DNA of 64,000 nt from Candidatus Latescibacterota bacterium (GTDB taxonomy: Bacteria > Latescibacterota > UBA2968 > UBA8231), in contig CBDCXV010000011.1 in the NCBI GenBank assembly GCA_965223905.1, positions 512,001-576,000 of the forward strand. Reading direction: 5' to 3'. The translations under genes were made by a program, and so were the position numbers. This document shows positions 45,861-56,754 of this stretch, one piece after another. Every line of letters begins with the position of its first letter. Position 1 is the stretch's first letter. Under the pieces are notes generated by a model. It saw only the letters and a program-made list of their open reading frames with translations. It searched no databases and had not been told where the DNA came from.

Positions 45861-47573
45861 TCAGGACGGGGGCTGCAGCAGGGAGGCCCCTTCCCCCGGG
45901 GCGACGACGCTCGACTGCAACTCCATCTCGATTCCCGTGCGCTGGCGAATCGCGGCGGCCAGTTGCCGCGCCGGGGCCCCATCGACACAGTCGCGGCGCA
46001 CCAGGCCGCCGGCCCTTCCCCCCCAGCCGGCGCCGAGCCGCTGCACCGCCCCGGCCTCCTCTCCGCCGACCTCCACGAGACAGCTGTTTACGGCTTCCAC
46101 CACGCGGTCGTACTCGGGGGTCATGCGGCCGTACCCTCCCGCCAGGAAGCAGAGGCGCCAGCGCCCGTCTCTTGCGGCGACCCCGGCGGCATGGCGCGCC
46201 AGCAGCTCGGCATCAACCTCCTGGTCGCGTTCGCCTGAGTGGGAAAGGCGGATCAGCCGCAGGGCGCTGCGCATGTCGCCGCGGCGGAGGAAGTTCTGCA
46301 TCATGTGCACGCGGTCCTGCTCGGCCAGGGCGAAAGCGGCGCGCCGGCGCAGCAGAATCGGATGATCCGCGGACAGGTGCGGGTAGCGGTCGGCGACCTC
46401 GCGGTCGCGAAAGTCGGAGAACTGCGCCTCCCTGCCGGCGTCCCCGGCCCAGCGTTCGACCTCCCTCAAGGAGGTGCGCCGCGGCAGCGCCCGCAGCAGC
46501 TCGAAGATCTGCGCCTGGGAGAGACCGAGGTTCCCCGGGGTCACATCCCGCAGCAGCCGCAGGCACCCCCGTCCCCCGATACCGGAACAATCCGCGTCTC
46601 TTGCGAGCACCGGCAGGATCAGCTCCCGCAGGGCGAACACCGCGAGCGGATAGGAGATTACGGTCTCGTCCTTGGCGGCCTCGTCGTAGCGCCGCGGAAC
46701 GCCTGTGTCGAAGCTGACCGCGGCGTATTCCGGCGGCAGCCGCACCCGTCCCTCGTCGCTGGCCGGCAGCGCCCCGACCGCTACCAGCTCTCCTTCCCTG
46801 CCCATGATCATGCCGCCGTGATCGGAGCAGCCGCCGCGCGTCCCGCGCAGCCACTCGGAGATGCCGATGCCGTCGACGAGATCCTCCAGGGGCATATCCA
46901 CCCGAGGCCTCAGGCCGTTTACTGCCAATGCGGCGCAGGCCGTCGACACCACCACCGCCGAGGAGGACGACATACCTCCGGCGGAGGGGACATTGCTCCA
47001 GAGCACCCCGTCGAATCCACCGATGCGGCCGCGGAAGCGGCTCGACAGATAGGCCAGCTGACCACGAGGCAGCACTCCCCAATCCGCGGCCAGGCTGCTG
47101 CCGGTCTCCTGCTCGCGCCGGGAGCAGACGCCGCTGGCGAAATCGATGAACGCCTCCCGGGAACGGACATCCCTCCCGGGGTCGATGTCGCGCAGGTCGA
47201 GCTCGACAGCCGGGAACGGATCCGCGGCACCGGCGCGTTCGCCGATGGAACGCAGGCGGACGCCGGTCCCCGAGGAGCCTTCCTGCCGGCCCGCTACGGT
47301 TATGACGTCGGCGCCCCTCACCGCCATGCGCAGCGACGGCATGCCGCCGTAGTCGAGGTGCATCCCCATGAGGTTCATCTGCCCGGGGCAGCGCGCCACC
47401 GCAACCCGGGAGGCCCGGCCGTACGACTCGGCATAGGCATCGAGGGCGCGGGCGTACCTCCGCTCCCACAGGGCGACCTGACCTGCGCCGTAGAGGCGGG
47501 AGAATTCATCGGCGAAGGCGCCCTTGTCCAGGGCCTCCCTCCACTCCTGCCAGGAACAGGTGTGGCTGGCCAT
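45861..47573 (-). CDS. Divergent galactokinase-like GHMP kinase
   Basis: CPGQMNLMGMHLDY, VPSAGGMSSSSA, GGCSDH, RLGAGWGG. Confidence 0.8.
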   Translation of the reverse strand: MASHTCSWQEWREALDKGAFADEFSRLYGAGQVALWERRYARALDAYAESYGRASRVAVARCPGQMNLMGMHLDYGGMPSLRMAVRGADVITVAGRQEGSSGTGVRLRSIGERAGAADPFPAVELDLRDIDPGRDVRSREAFIDFASGVCSRREQETGSSLAADWGVLPRGQLAYLSSRFRGRIGGFDGVLWSNVPSAGGMSSSSAVVVSTACAALAVNGLRPRVDMPLEDLVDGIGISEWLRGTRGGCSDHGGMIMGREGELVAVGALPASDEGRVRLPPEYAAVSFDTGVPRRYDEAAKDETVISYPLAVFALRELILPVLARDADCSGIGGRGCLRLLRDVTPGNLGLSQAQIFELLRALPRRTSLREVERWAGDAGREAQFSDFRDREVADRYPHLSADHPILLRRRAAFALAEQDRVHMMQNFLRRGDMRSALRLIRLSHSGERDQEVDAELLARHAAGVAARDGRWRLCFLAGGYGRMTPEYDRVVEAVNSCLVEVGGEEAGAVQRLGAGWGGRAGGLVRRDCVDGAPARQLAAAIRQRTGIEMELQSSVVAPGEGASLLQPPS

Positions 47574-47589
47574 GGAGGCAGGGGCCCCC

Positions 47590-49874
47590 CTACAGGGTCC
47601 CGGAAAGCGCTACGGTGACCCGCCGCAGGGGGCGTACCTCGCGCTCGGACAGGATGTAGTGGTAGCGCAACAGGTTGTCGACGCGGAGGGTGAGCGTCGC
47701 CAGGCCGACCCGGCGCTCGACGAAGGCGTCGACGAGGTACACCGGCAGGTGGTCGCGCCCGCACTCGGCGAACAGTCCCGACACGCGCTCGAAGCGGCTC
47801 GTGTAGCGAAAGCTGAAACCGCCGCGGCTCATCCCCCTCCCCATGCCGAGGCTCGAGGTGACGGCATGGCGGGACCGGTACGGCAGCGGCGCGGTGTCCC
47901 CGGGACGCAGGTCGTCGTGGCAGTACGGCGGCAGCGGCACCCCCTCGGCGAGGAACTCGAGGGCGTCGACGTAGGTGTAGGAGGCCTTCCATTTCGCCCC
48001 GAACGGAAGCGCCAGCTGCTGCTCCAGCTCCAGCCCGCGAATGCGGGCGCGCGAGATGTTGCGAAAGCTGGCCCGCGGGACGACCACTGAGGTCGGTTCG
48101 GGCCTGGCTTCGATCAGGCCTTCGAACTCGTTCCAGAACAGGGCGCCGTCGATGGCGAGCGCCCCTCCGAGGACCCGCCTGATCCCCGCCTCGTACGACC
48201 AACTGCGCTCCGAAGCGAGGCCGGGATTCGGACAGACGAGAATCCCCGAGGCATCGGCCTGGACGTGGATCTCCGTGACCGAGGGGGCCCGGAAACCGCG
48301 GCCGGCCGAGAGCCGGATGGCGCCGGGGGCCGCTTTCCAGGACAGCCCGATCTGGGGGCTGAACTGGGCCTCGGTGTGCGCGGCGATCCGGCGGTTAGCA
48401 TCCGCTGACCCGCACGGCCCCCCGGCTTCCGAACCCTCTCCTGCACCGCGGCGGTGAAGATCGGCGCGCATGCCGAGGGTGAGCTCGAGGTCCCGGAAGT
48501 CCACGACGTTCTGGGCGTACAGGGCGGTGTTGAGAACGGTGCGCTCGCCGAGGAAATCGGCCGGAGACCGCGCCAGGTCGTAGATCCCGGTGGCGCCGAC
48601 GATGACCCCGCGGCTGCCGAGCCGTTCCCCGATGTCGAGCTGCAGTTCGGTCCCGATCTTGTGGCCCGCCGACGCCAGGCCGCCGGCTGCCCGGGTGTTG
48701 TCGAAGTCGGTGCGGAAATAGAACCCCCGCCACCGCAGGTTCGTCCCCGGATTCACGAGGTGGGTCATCTCTGTGTTGAGGTTGAGCTTCCAGGAAACCG
48801 TGGCGGCGTCCCGGTCCCCTTCCGGTACCAACAGCGGGCTGGCGCGGTCCTTCCACTGCAGAAAAACCGCGTGATCGTCGTACGCCCAGTTTGCCAGTCC
48901 GGTCCAGCGAGTATGCCTGCCGAGCTGACGGGTCCCCTTGGCGAACAGGTTGTAGCGGGTCGACTCGCCGTTCTCGCGGTACCCTGTGCCGCGCTTGTGG
49001 CCCGAGGAGACGAGGTAGCCGCCCGCGGCGGTCGTGCGGGAGTGGCTGACGTCGACGCCGCCGAGGTACATGAGGTCCCGCCACTTCCAGGAGGGATGCG
49101 CCGGCTGGTCGTAGAGGCCGCTGACGAGGCGGAAGCGGGTCTCGGGAAGCTCCGACGGGGAGCGAGTCAACACGTTGATGACGCCGCCGAGGGCACCGGT
49201 TCCGTACATGGCCGAACCGGCCCCCTTTATCAGCTCGACCCGCTCCACTTCGGTGACCGGGATGATGTCCCACTTGATGTCCCCCTGGTCGGCCGAAAGC
49301 GCCGGAACCCCGTCCAAAAGCAACAGCACGCGGCTGCCGGTGCCGCGGCTGTACCCGCTCGAACCGCGGATGCTGACCTGGCTGCCCACCTGGCTGACAC
49401 CGGGCAGATGGCGCAGGGGCCCCGACAGGCTGAAGGAGTTGAAGCCGGTCAGCTCCCGCCGGTCGGTCACCGACATGCTGATCGGCGCCTCGGCGAACGG
49501 CTGCGGCCTCCGCGTCGCCGTGACCACTACTCCGGGCAGCTCCACCGCGGTCTCCTCGAGGAGGATGCTGCCGAGATCGAGGGATTGCCCCTCTCCGACC
49601 TCGATGTCGAAACGGAGCGGGTGCGGTAGCCGACAAAGGAGATGACGAGGAGCTGCGGCCCCGGCTCGACCGCGAACCGGAAGCTGCCACCTTCCCCGGC
49701 GAGCGATCCCTCTCCCGTCTTTTCCAGGTAGACGTTCGCCCCGGCAAGCGCGGTGCTGTCGCCCGCCGCCACAATCCGGCCGCTGATCTCGGCGCCGGTC
49801 GCCGGGGCCGCCGATGCGGACGAAAGCAGGCTGCCGGCCAGCAGCAACAGGAGGAGGAAACGGGCGGCCGTCAT
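47590..49874 (-). CDS. TonB-dependent receptor with N-terminal carboxypeptidase-regulatory-like domain, frameshift near 49618
   Basis: Signal peptide and ISFVGY in one frame; VVVTATRR, VLLLLDGVP, VERVELIKGAGSAMYGTGALGGVINV, GFRAPS in another. Confidence 0.88.
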
Positions 49875-50449
49875 CACTGCGAGCCCCCCTGGGCGGCCTC
49901 GATCAGGGCCTCGGGCAGCACCGCGGTGCAGAGGGTGGAACCGACCTCGGGGGGATCGGCGACCAGACCGAGATCGACGGTGAGGTCGATGCCGGTGGTG
50001 ACGCGGCCGGGAGAGACCTCGACCGCCCCCGGAAGCGAATCCCCCTCGACGTGATAGCACCCGAGGAGGGAGGTGAAGTCCCAGAAGGCGTCGGGCCGCC
50101 GCCAGGCGACGATGATCCAGCGGTACACCCCTTCCCGTTCGAGGGGCACGAAGTAGTCGTAGCTGCGGCTTCCCAGGGGGGCGTCCTGATCGGCGCCGCT
50201 GAGGCCGAACAGGTCCGTCGCCTCCTCGGGGAGATCGCGGTACACGGCTACGGCTACCTGGCCGATATCCTCCGTCCACTCCCCAAGGAAGGTCACGGTG
50301 CCCGAGATGCCGGTGAGCGGCGGCTCGGCTTCGAGGCCGCGGTCGCAGGCCGCGGCTGCGAGAAAGGCGGCGATCGCCGCGCCCACTGCCAGGGCCCGGG
50401 AGCGGCAGGCTTGCGGGAGGTGCCTACCTGGTGTCCTCGCCGTCTGCAT
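49874..50449 (-). CDS. Hypothetical lipoprotein
   Basis: FLAAAAC lipobox-like motif, GISGTVTF; TGATG overlap with the receptor gene. Confidence 0.7.
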   Translation of the reverse strand: MQTARTPGRHLPQACRSRALAVGAAIAAFLAAAACDRGLEAEPPLTGISGTVTFLGEWTEDIGQVAVAVYRDLPEEATDLFGLSGADQDAPLGSRSYDYFVPLEREGVYRWIIVAWRRPDAFWDFTSLLGCYHVEGDSLPGAVEVSPGRVTTGIDLTVDLGLVADPPEVGSTLCTAVLPEALIEAAQGGSQ

Positions 50450-50457
50450 GGCTCTCT

Positions 50458-51567
50458 CTACGGAGTCACCACCCGGTGGGCCCGGCAGTAGCGCTCCAGG
50501 GCCTCCAGGTCGAGTTCGCACCCCAGCCCCGGCCGCGACGGCACCGGGACGAAGCCGTCCCGGAACAGGATCGGCTCGAGGATCAGGTCGTCCTCCCGGG
50601 TCCAGGAGCCGACGAAATCGGAGGCCATGGTGCAGTTCGGGGCCAGGGCCGCACAGTGCACGTAGCAGGTGTCGACGATGCCGAGATCGTTCCCCGACCC
50701 GTGCCAGCAGCGCATGCCCCCGGCCGCGGCGACCGCGGCGTTGCGCATGAAGCCGACCGGGCCGCCGTTGAGGTTGAAGCAGTCTACGAGATCGGCCTTC
50801 ATCGCCGCCAGCACCTGCCCGGGGTCGCCGAGGTGCATCGCCAGCGGCAGGTCGATCTCCTCGTGAATCAGGGCGTACCCCTCGACATCGGCCTTGGGGA
50901 TCGGATCTTCGAAGACCTCGACGTTGCCCAGCGGCGCCAGCTCCCCGGCGAGGGCGATCGTCTGCTCGGCGGTGTGGAAGCGCTCGTTGGGATCGACGGT
51001 CACCTTGAACGAGGGGCCGGCGGCGTCGAGCATTGCCCGCAGCCGCTCGACCATCGGCTCCTCGATGCGGCACTTGATCTTGACTCCCCTGAATCCCTGC
51101 TCGAGGGCGCGCTCGACCGTCCGCCTGCCGTCCTCCGGGGTCTGGTGGCCCATCCAGTAGTCGGCGCGCACGCGCTCGCGCACGGCGCCTCCGAGCAGGG
51201 CGTGCAGAGGCAGCCCGCGCATGCGGCCGACCAGGTCGAGCACCGCCATCTCGAAGGCCTCGTACGCCTCCCCGGCGGCGATTACCAGCATCTCCTCGGT
51301 GCCGTCGGCCGGTTCGCGGAAAATATCGCGCAGGGTGATCGACTCCGGATCGCGGCCGACGAGGCGGGCGGCTCCCGCGGCGACCGTCGCCGCCTCCGTG
51401 CCGCGGCCGGTCTCCCCGATCCCGGTGAGCTCGGTGCCGGTGTTGATCCGCAGGATCTGCTTGGGCACCTGGTCCCAGCCGGTCTCCGGCACCCACTCAG
51501 GGCTGTGCACGCGGCCGGGAATCGTCGGCACCACCACCGTCCAGATGTCGATCGAGGTGATCTTCAC
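50458..51567 (-). CDS. Mandelate racemase/muconate lactonizing enzyme (enolase superfamily) protein
   Basis: TGIGE, FEMAVLDLVGR, LLGGAVRERV, GFRGVKIK, VDPNERF, FEDP; GTG start after AGGAG. Confidence 0.9.
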   Translation of the reverse strand: MKITSIDIWTVVVPTIPGRVHSPEWVPETGWDQVPKQILRINTGTELTGIGETGRGTEAATVAAGAARLVGRDPESITLRDIFREPADGTEEMLVIAAGEAYEAFEMAVLDLVGRMRGLPLHALLGGAVRERVRADYWMGHQTPEDGRRTVERALEQGFRGVKIKCRIEEPMVERLRAMLDAAGPSFKVTVDPNERFHTAEQTIALAGELAPLGNVEVFEDPIPKADVEGYALIHEEIDLPLAMHLGDPGQVLAAMKADLVDCFNLNGGPVGFMRNAAVAAAGGMRCWHGSGNDLGIVDTCYVHCAALAPNCTMASDFVGSWTREDDLILEPILFRDGFVPVPSRPGLGCELDLEALERYCRAHRVVTP

Positions 51568-53038
51568 GTGGCATTTCTCCTTTCGGACAGGCGCGAGCCG
51601 GCGCAGCCGGCAGCGCAGACGAGGAGGTTCAACCCGAGGCCGACCACCCCGGCGTGAAAACCCCAGATACGCGCGTGGCCCAGCAGGGTCGCCCCCAGGC
51701 CGAAACCGAGGCCTGCGACCATCCCGGCCAGGACCGTCGTCGCGCGGAGCCGCGGCCAGTAGAGGCCGAGGAAGAAGCAGGGGACGATCTGGATCAGCAC
51801 CTCGAATTTCAGCTCCAGCAGTCTGATCAGGGTTTTCTCGGTGCCGATGGCGACGACCACGAGAACCGCCACGATGGTCCAGGAGCAGAGCTTGCCGACC
51901 CGGGTCAGCTCGGCCTGGCTGCTGCCGGGGCGGATGTGAGCCTGGTAGACGTTGCGGGTGAACATCGACGAAATCGACAGCAGCGCCGAGTCCGCGGTCG
52001 ACATCAGGGCGGCCAGAGCCGCGGCGAACACGAGCACGACCAGCCAGTACCCGAACGCGGACTGGCCCATGATGAGGGCGCAGAGCCGCGGCAGCAGCTG
52101 GTCGGTCGCGGTCCCCTCGAGGCCGGGGATAACTACCGCCCCGGTGAGGCCGCAGACCAGGGCGATCAGGGTGGTAGTCAGCGGCATGAAGGCCATCAGC
52201 GCCAGGGCGCGCTTGAGCCCGGCGACCGAGCGGCCGGAGAAGAGGCGCTGTATCGCCTGCGGGTAGATGGCGGCGCCGGCGCCGACAAGCACGACGTAGC
52301 TGAGCCAGGTCGCGCACTGGCGCAGCGACGGCGCCTCGACCTTGGCGGGATCGGCGACGGACAGCCGTTCCACCACCGCGGTGAAACCGCCCCCGAGTCC
52401 CGGGATCATGAAGAGCAGGGCGGCGAAACCGGTCAGCAGGACGATTCCCTGGATGACATCGGTCCAGGCGACGCTGCGCATGCCCCCCAGGGTCTCGTAC
52501 ACCACCATGATGAAAGCCAGGGCGACGATCCCGTACGCCGAGGGACGGCGCCGTCGGTCAGCCCTTCGACCGCGGCCCCCATCGCCTTCAGCTGCGCCAG
52601 GGTGTAGTTGGCGAGGGCGTAGACCATCATCAGGGTGCTGAGCAGGGTCAGGGAACGGGAGCCGAAGCGAAAGGAGATGTAATCCCCCGGAGTGATGAAA
52701 TCCTGCCTGCGCGCAACGGCGACGAGACGGGGCGCGTACAGCAGGTACCCCGGGATGATGGCGAACATGAACAGCAGCGAGACCGTCCAGTCGAACCCGA
52801 TCCCGTACGACTTGCCCGGGTACCCGAACAGGGTGTTGCCGCTGTACTGGGTCGCGTACAGGGTCAGGAAGAGAACGGCGAAGCCGAGGGAGCGGCCGGC
52901 GAGGTAGAAGTCGGCGAGACTGTCGCCGCGGCGCTGCCGCCTCCCCCACCAGCCGATGCCGATCATCGACAGCAGGTAGAGGGCGACCGCGGCAAGGGCG
53001 CCCGGGCCGAAGGCGAGCGGATCGGCTGCCGAGCCCAT
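51564..53038 (-). CDS. Sodium:solute symporter (SSS) family protein, frameshift near 52542
   Basis: DFYLAGRSLG, ATQYSGNT in the N-terminal frame; GGMRSVAWTDVIQG, AALMSTADS in the C-terminal frame. Confidence 0.9.
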
Positions 53039-53041
53039 TCT

Positions 53042-53296
53042 TCACTCCCCGTCCCGCCAGCAGGCGGCGATCACCCAGCAGGTCCAGCCCGCCAGGAGGA
53101 CGACGCAGAGGACGGTCGCCGCAGCCCACAGCGGGAACCCCAGCAGCAGCGGTCCTCGGTACCCCGCCGGCCAGTACCAGGGAATGGCGAGCGCCAGCAG
53201 CAGGGCGTACACCAGCCAGACCCAGGGTTTCCGCCGCGGCTCCGACCGCAGTCCGGCCGGCGCCAGCGGATCGGAGCAGTTCCTCCTGTCGTTCAC
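53042..53296 (-). CDS. Small two-TM membrane protein (DUF3311/DUF997-like SSS partner)
   Basis: LAIPWYWP..LLGFPLW; directly upstream of the SSS gene. Confidence 0.7.
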   Translation of the reverse strand: MNDRRNCSDPLAPAGLRSEPRRKPWVWLVYALLLALAIPWYWPAGYRGPLLLGFPLWAAATVLCVVLLAGWTCWVIAACWRDGE

Positions 53297-53303
53297 GTCC
53301 GCC

Positions 53304-54782
53304 TCATCGGGCGCCGTGGAACCAGTCCTTCATCGTCGGGTACAGGCGCTCGTAGCGGGCGAAGGCCGCGGCGTAGGCTCGCGCTTCCGGCTCTCCGGGG
53401 CGGACCGTCTCTCCCAGCTGCACCACTTTTTCGCAGGCGGCCTCGAAGCTCTCGAAGAGGCCGCAGCCGACTCCCGCGATCAGGGCCGCCCCGACCGCGG
53501 AGAGGTCCTCGGTGTCGATAACCCGCACCTCCCGTCCGAAGACGTCCGCCTGGATCTGCCTCCACAGGGCCGAGCGCGAGCCCCCCTCTCCGATGCGCAC
53601 CTCCTCCAGGGAAATGCCGATGCCGGAAAAGCACTCGAGGGCGTTGCGCAGCTCGAAGACCACCCCCTCCATCACCGCGCGGATCATCTCGGCGCGGCCG
53701 TGCCGCAGCGTCAGTCCGACGAAGCCGCCGCGCGCTTCCGGGTCGGGGCACGGGGTGGCGGAACCTTCGAGCCAGGGCATGAAGAACAGCCCCTCGCAGG
53801 CGACCGGGGCGGTCTCCGCGGCCGCGGTCATCTCCCCGTACGACATCCCGAAGGTTTCCTTGGCCCAGGTGAAGGAAGCCCCTCCGGTGTAGGAGCACCC
53901 GAGCCAGGCGTATTGCCCCGGGACCGGGTGGCACATCGGCCAGAGCTTGTCGACGCCGCGGGGGTCGAGCTCCTCGACGCAGGTTACCGCGTGGGCGGCG
54001 GTTCCGATCCCCAGCCCCGCGGTACCGGGCCGGACGATGCCGCTGCCAAGCACCATGCAGGGTATGTCCCCTCCCCCGGCGCAGACCGGGGTGCCGGCGC
54101 GCAGGCCGATCTCCGCGGCGGCCCGCGGCGTGACGGCACCGACGACCTCGGAGGACTCGACCGCGGCCGGAAGCTTTTCCGCGTCGATGTCGAGAAGATC
54201 GAGGATCTCCTCCGACCACTGCCGCCGCCGCAGGTCGAAGGCCGCGGTCACCGAGGCGTCGGAGATTTCGCTGGAGGCCACACCGGTCAGGCGCAGGCGC
54301 AGCCAGTCCTTCGGCAGCAGGATGTACGGAGCCCGCCGCAGGAGATCTGCTTCGTGGCGATGCAGCCACAACAGCTTGGCGAGGAAGTTGACCGGGGTTA
54401 CGCGGCTGAAGGCGCGGTCGCGCAGCAGGTCGCCGGCGCGCTCCTCCGCCCACCGGCACTCCTCGGCGGAACGGTGATCGAGCCAGATCAGGGAGTTGCG
54501 CAGGCAGGCCCCGGAGGCATCCGCAACCACGGCGCCGTTGATCTGGCCCGACAGCGCCACTCCGGCGACGTCGCCGGGGTCGGTCCCGGTTTCGGCGAGC
54601 AGCGCTTGCACCGCGGAGCAGGCGGCCCGCCACCAGTCCTCGGGATCCTGCTCGACCCAACCGGGCCGCGGCTTCAGCAGCGGATAGCCGGCGCTCTGCT
54701 TTCCCAGCTCGCGCCCGCTCTCGTCGATGAGGACGACCTTGACGCTGCTGGTGCCCTGATCGATTCCCAGTACCGTAGGCAT
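53304..54782 (-). CDS. xylB: FGGY carbohydrate kinase, xylulokinase-like
   Basis: LGIDQGTSSVK, GWVEQDPEDWW, LSGQING, LLPKDWLR, RAVMEGV, GGSRSALWRQIQAD; substrate not certain. Confidence 0.85.
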   Translation of the reverse strand: MPTVLGIDQGTSSVKVVLIDESGRELGKQSAGYPLLKPRPGWVEQDPEDWWRAACSAVQALLAETGTDPGDVAGVALSGQINGAVVADASGACLRNSLIWLDHRSAEECRWAEERAGDLLRDRAFSRVTPVNFLAKLLWLHRHEADLLRRAPYILLPKDWLRLRLTGVASSEISDASVTAAFDLRRRQWSEEILDLLDIDAEKLPAAVESSEVVGAVTPRAAAEIGLRAGTPVCAGGGDIPCMVLGSGIVRPGTAGLGIGTAAHAVTCVEELDPRGVDKLWPMCHPVPGQYAWLGCSYTGGASFTWAKETFGMSYGEMTAAAETAPVACEGLFFMPWLEGSATPCPDPEARGGFVGLTLRHGRAEMIRAVMEGVVFELRNALECFSGIGISLEEVRIGEGGSRSALWRQIQADVFGREVRVIDTEDLSAVGAALIAGVGCGLFESFEAACEKVVQLGETVRPGEPEARAYAAAFARYERLYPTMKDWFHGAR

Positions 54783-54846
54783 TTTCGGGAGTTGTGATCG
54801 TTTCGAGTTCGCGTCCCGGAGGTTACCTTCTGGCCCCACCCTGCCC

Positions 54847-56754
54847 ATGCCTGACGTCAAGCCCCCCGCTGACAAGCCCGCACTCGACGCCCTCGTACTG
54901 TATAGAAACCGCCCGGCGAGGGTCAAGAATACCCGAAACGACCGCATCGAGATCGAGGTCGACGGCGGTTCCCGCTTGGTGCGTCCAAAGGACGTGACCG
55001 AGCTGCACCCGGGACCGCTTGCCGGCGGCGACCTCGCCTCTCTCGAAGCGGGGTCCGCGGACGCCGATATCGACACCGCCAGGGAGCTGCTCGAGGAGAG
55101 CGGGGAGGGAGTCGATCTGCCCACCCTCTGCGATCTGCTCTACGACTGCTTCACCCCGCCGGCGGCCTGGGCGACCTGGAGGATTCTCAGCGAAGGACTG
55201 TGGTTCGAGGGGACCCCGGAGCGAATCCGCGCGCGCCCGGCCGCGGCGGTAGCCGAGGAGCGCAGGCGGCGCCTCGAGGCCGAGCGGGAGCGGCAGGCAT
55301 GGAAGGAATTCCTGCAGCGCCTGCGCAGCCGCACCTGGATCGAGGAGGACGAGCGTTTCCTCGCCGAAACCGTCCAGATGGCCCGGAGACGCCGCGGCGG
55401 CAGCCGCGCTCTGCGTGCCCTGAAGAGGAGCGAGTCCCCGGAAAACGCCCATGCCCTGCTCCTCGAAATCGGCTTCTGGAAGGAGGGGGACCTCCCCTAC
55501 CCCGAGCGCTGCGGCGCCGTGCTCTCCCCGCCCCCGGAACCGGGCCCTGTCCGGATCCTGGAGGAGGGACGGGTCGACCTGACCCACCTCGAGGCCTGGG
55601 CGATCGACGACGAGGGGAATGACCATCCCGACGACGCGGTCAGCTTCGACCCGGCCGACGGCAGCGTCTGGGTGCACGTCGCCGACGTCGCCGCGGCCGT
55701 TGCCGGCGGCAGCGAGCTCGACATGGAGGCGCGCGGCCGCGGGGCAACCCTGTACATGCCCCACCTCACCGTGCCGATGCTGCCAGAAACGCTGATTCAG
55801 CGGTTCGGCCTCGGCCTGGAAGAGCGCTCCCCTGCGCTCTCCTTCCACCTGCGGCCGGAACCGTCGGGAGGGGCGGCCCTGATCGAAATCGCCGCTAGCA
55901 CCATAGGGGTCACCCGCTTGACCTACGGGGAGGCCGAGCGGCAGCTCGAGGGCGGAAACGACAGTCTCGCCGCCCTCAAGGAGATCGCCGATTGCTCGGC
56001 CGGCCGCCGGCTCGCCGCGGGAGCGGTCGCCATCGACTGGCCGGAAGTCGACATCCGCGCCGACGCCGGGTCCAGCCCCGCGGTTATCGACATTTTCCCG
56101 CTGATTCGCCGGGCCAGCCGCGGCCTGGTCGCCGAGCTGATGATTCTCGCCGGAGAAGGTGCCGCGAAGTACGCCGCCGACCACGGGCTGCCGTTCCCCT
56201 TCGTCCTCCAGGAGCCGGCGGAGACACTGGAAGATCCCGAAGCTGGGTGGGGACTTGCCGGGGCCCTGGCGCTTCGCCGGCGCCAGCTGCCCGCCCGCTC
56301 CTCGGCCACGAAGGTGGGGAGGCATGCCGGCCTCGGGGTGGAAGCCTACAGCCGGGTTACCAGCCCTCTGCGCCGCTACCTCGACCTCGTCGCCCACCAG
56401 CAGCTGCGCCTGCACCTGCGCGGAGAGCGGACCCTGAGCGAAACGGAGATCGTCGAAAGGATGGGGGCTGCCGAAACCGCGGCCCTGTGCGTGAGGAAGG
56501 CGGAGCGGATGAGCCGCCGCCACTGGACCCTTGCCTGGTTGGGGCAGCGCCCCGGCTGGCAGGGAGAGGCGGTGGTCGTCGATCACCGCGGCTCGCGGGC
56601 AGTAGCGGTGATCCCCGATCTCGCCCTGGAGATCGAACTCCAGGGAGGTAGCGAGTTGGATTTGAACGAAGTGGTTCAGGTACGGCTGGCGAGCGTCGAC
56701 CTGCCCCGGCTCGAGTCTCGCTTCGACCTCGCCGGCAGGGGGGGTTCCAGTTAA
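54847..56754 (+). CDS. RNB-domain exoribonuclease (RNase II family)
   Basis: AIDDEGNDHPDDAVS, VWVHVADV, RGATLYMP, HAGLG..YSRVTSPLRRYLDL. Confidence 0.92.
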   Translation: MPDVKPPADKPALDALVLYRNRPARVKNTRNDRIEIEVDGGSRLVRPKDVTELHPGPLAGGDLASLEAGSADADIDTARELLEESGEGVDLPTLCDLLYDCFTPPAAWATWRILSEGLWFEGTPERIRARPAAAVAEERRRRLEAERERQAWKEFLQRLRSRTWIEEDERFLAETVQMARRRRGGSRALRALKRSESPENAHALLLEIGFWKEGDLPYPERCGAVLSPPPEPGPVRILEEGRVDLTHLEAWAIDDEGNDHPDDAVSFDPADGSVWVHVADVAAAVAGGSELDMEARGRGATLYMPHLTVPMLPETLIQRFGLGLEERSPALSFHLRPEPSGGAALIEIAASTIGVTRLTYGEAERQLEGGNDSLAALKEIADCSAGRRLAAGAVAIDWPEVDIRADAGSSPAVIDIFPLIRRASRGLVAELMILAGEGAAKYAADHGLPFPFVLQEPAETLEDPEAGWGLAGALALRRRQLPARSSATKVGRHAGLGVEAYSRVTSPLRRYLDLVAHQQLRLHLRGERTLSETEIVERMGAAETAALCVRKAERMSRRHWTLAWLGQRPGWQGEAVVVDHRGSRAVAVIPDLALEIELQGGSELDLNEVVQVRLASVDLPRLESRFDLAGRGGSS

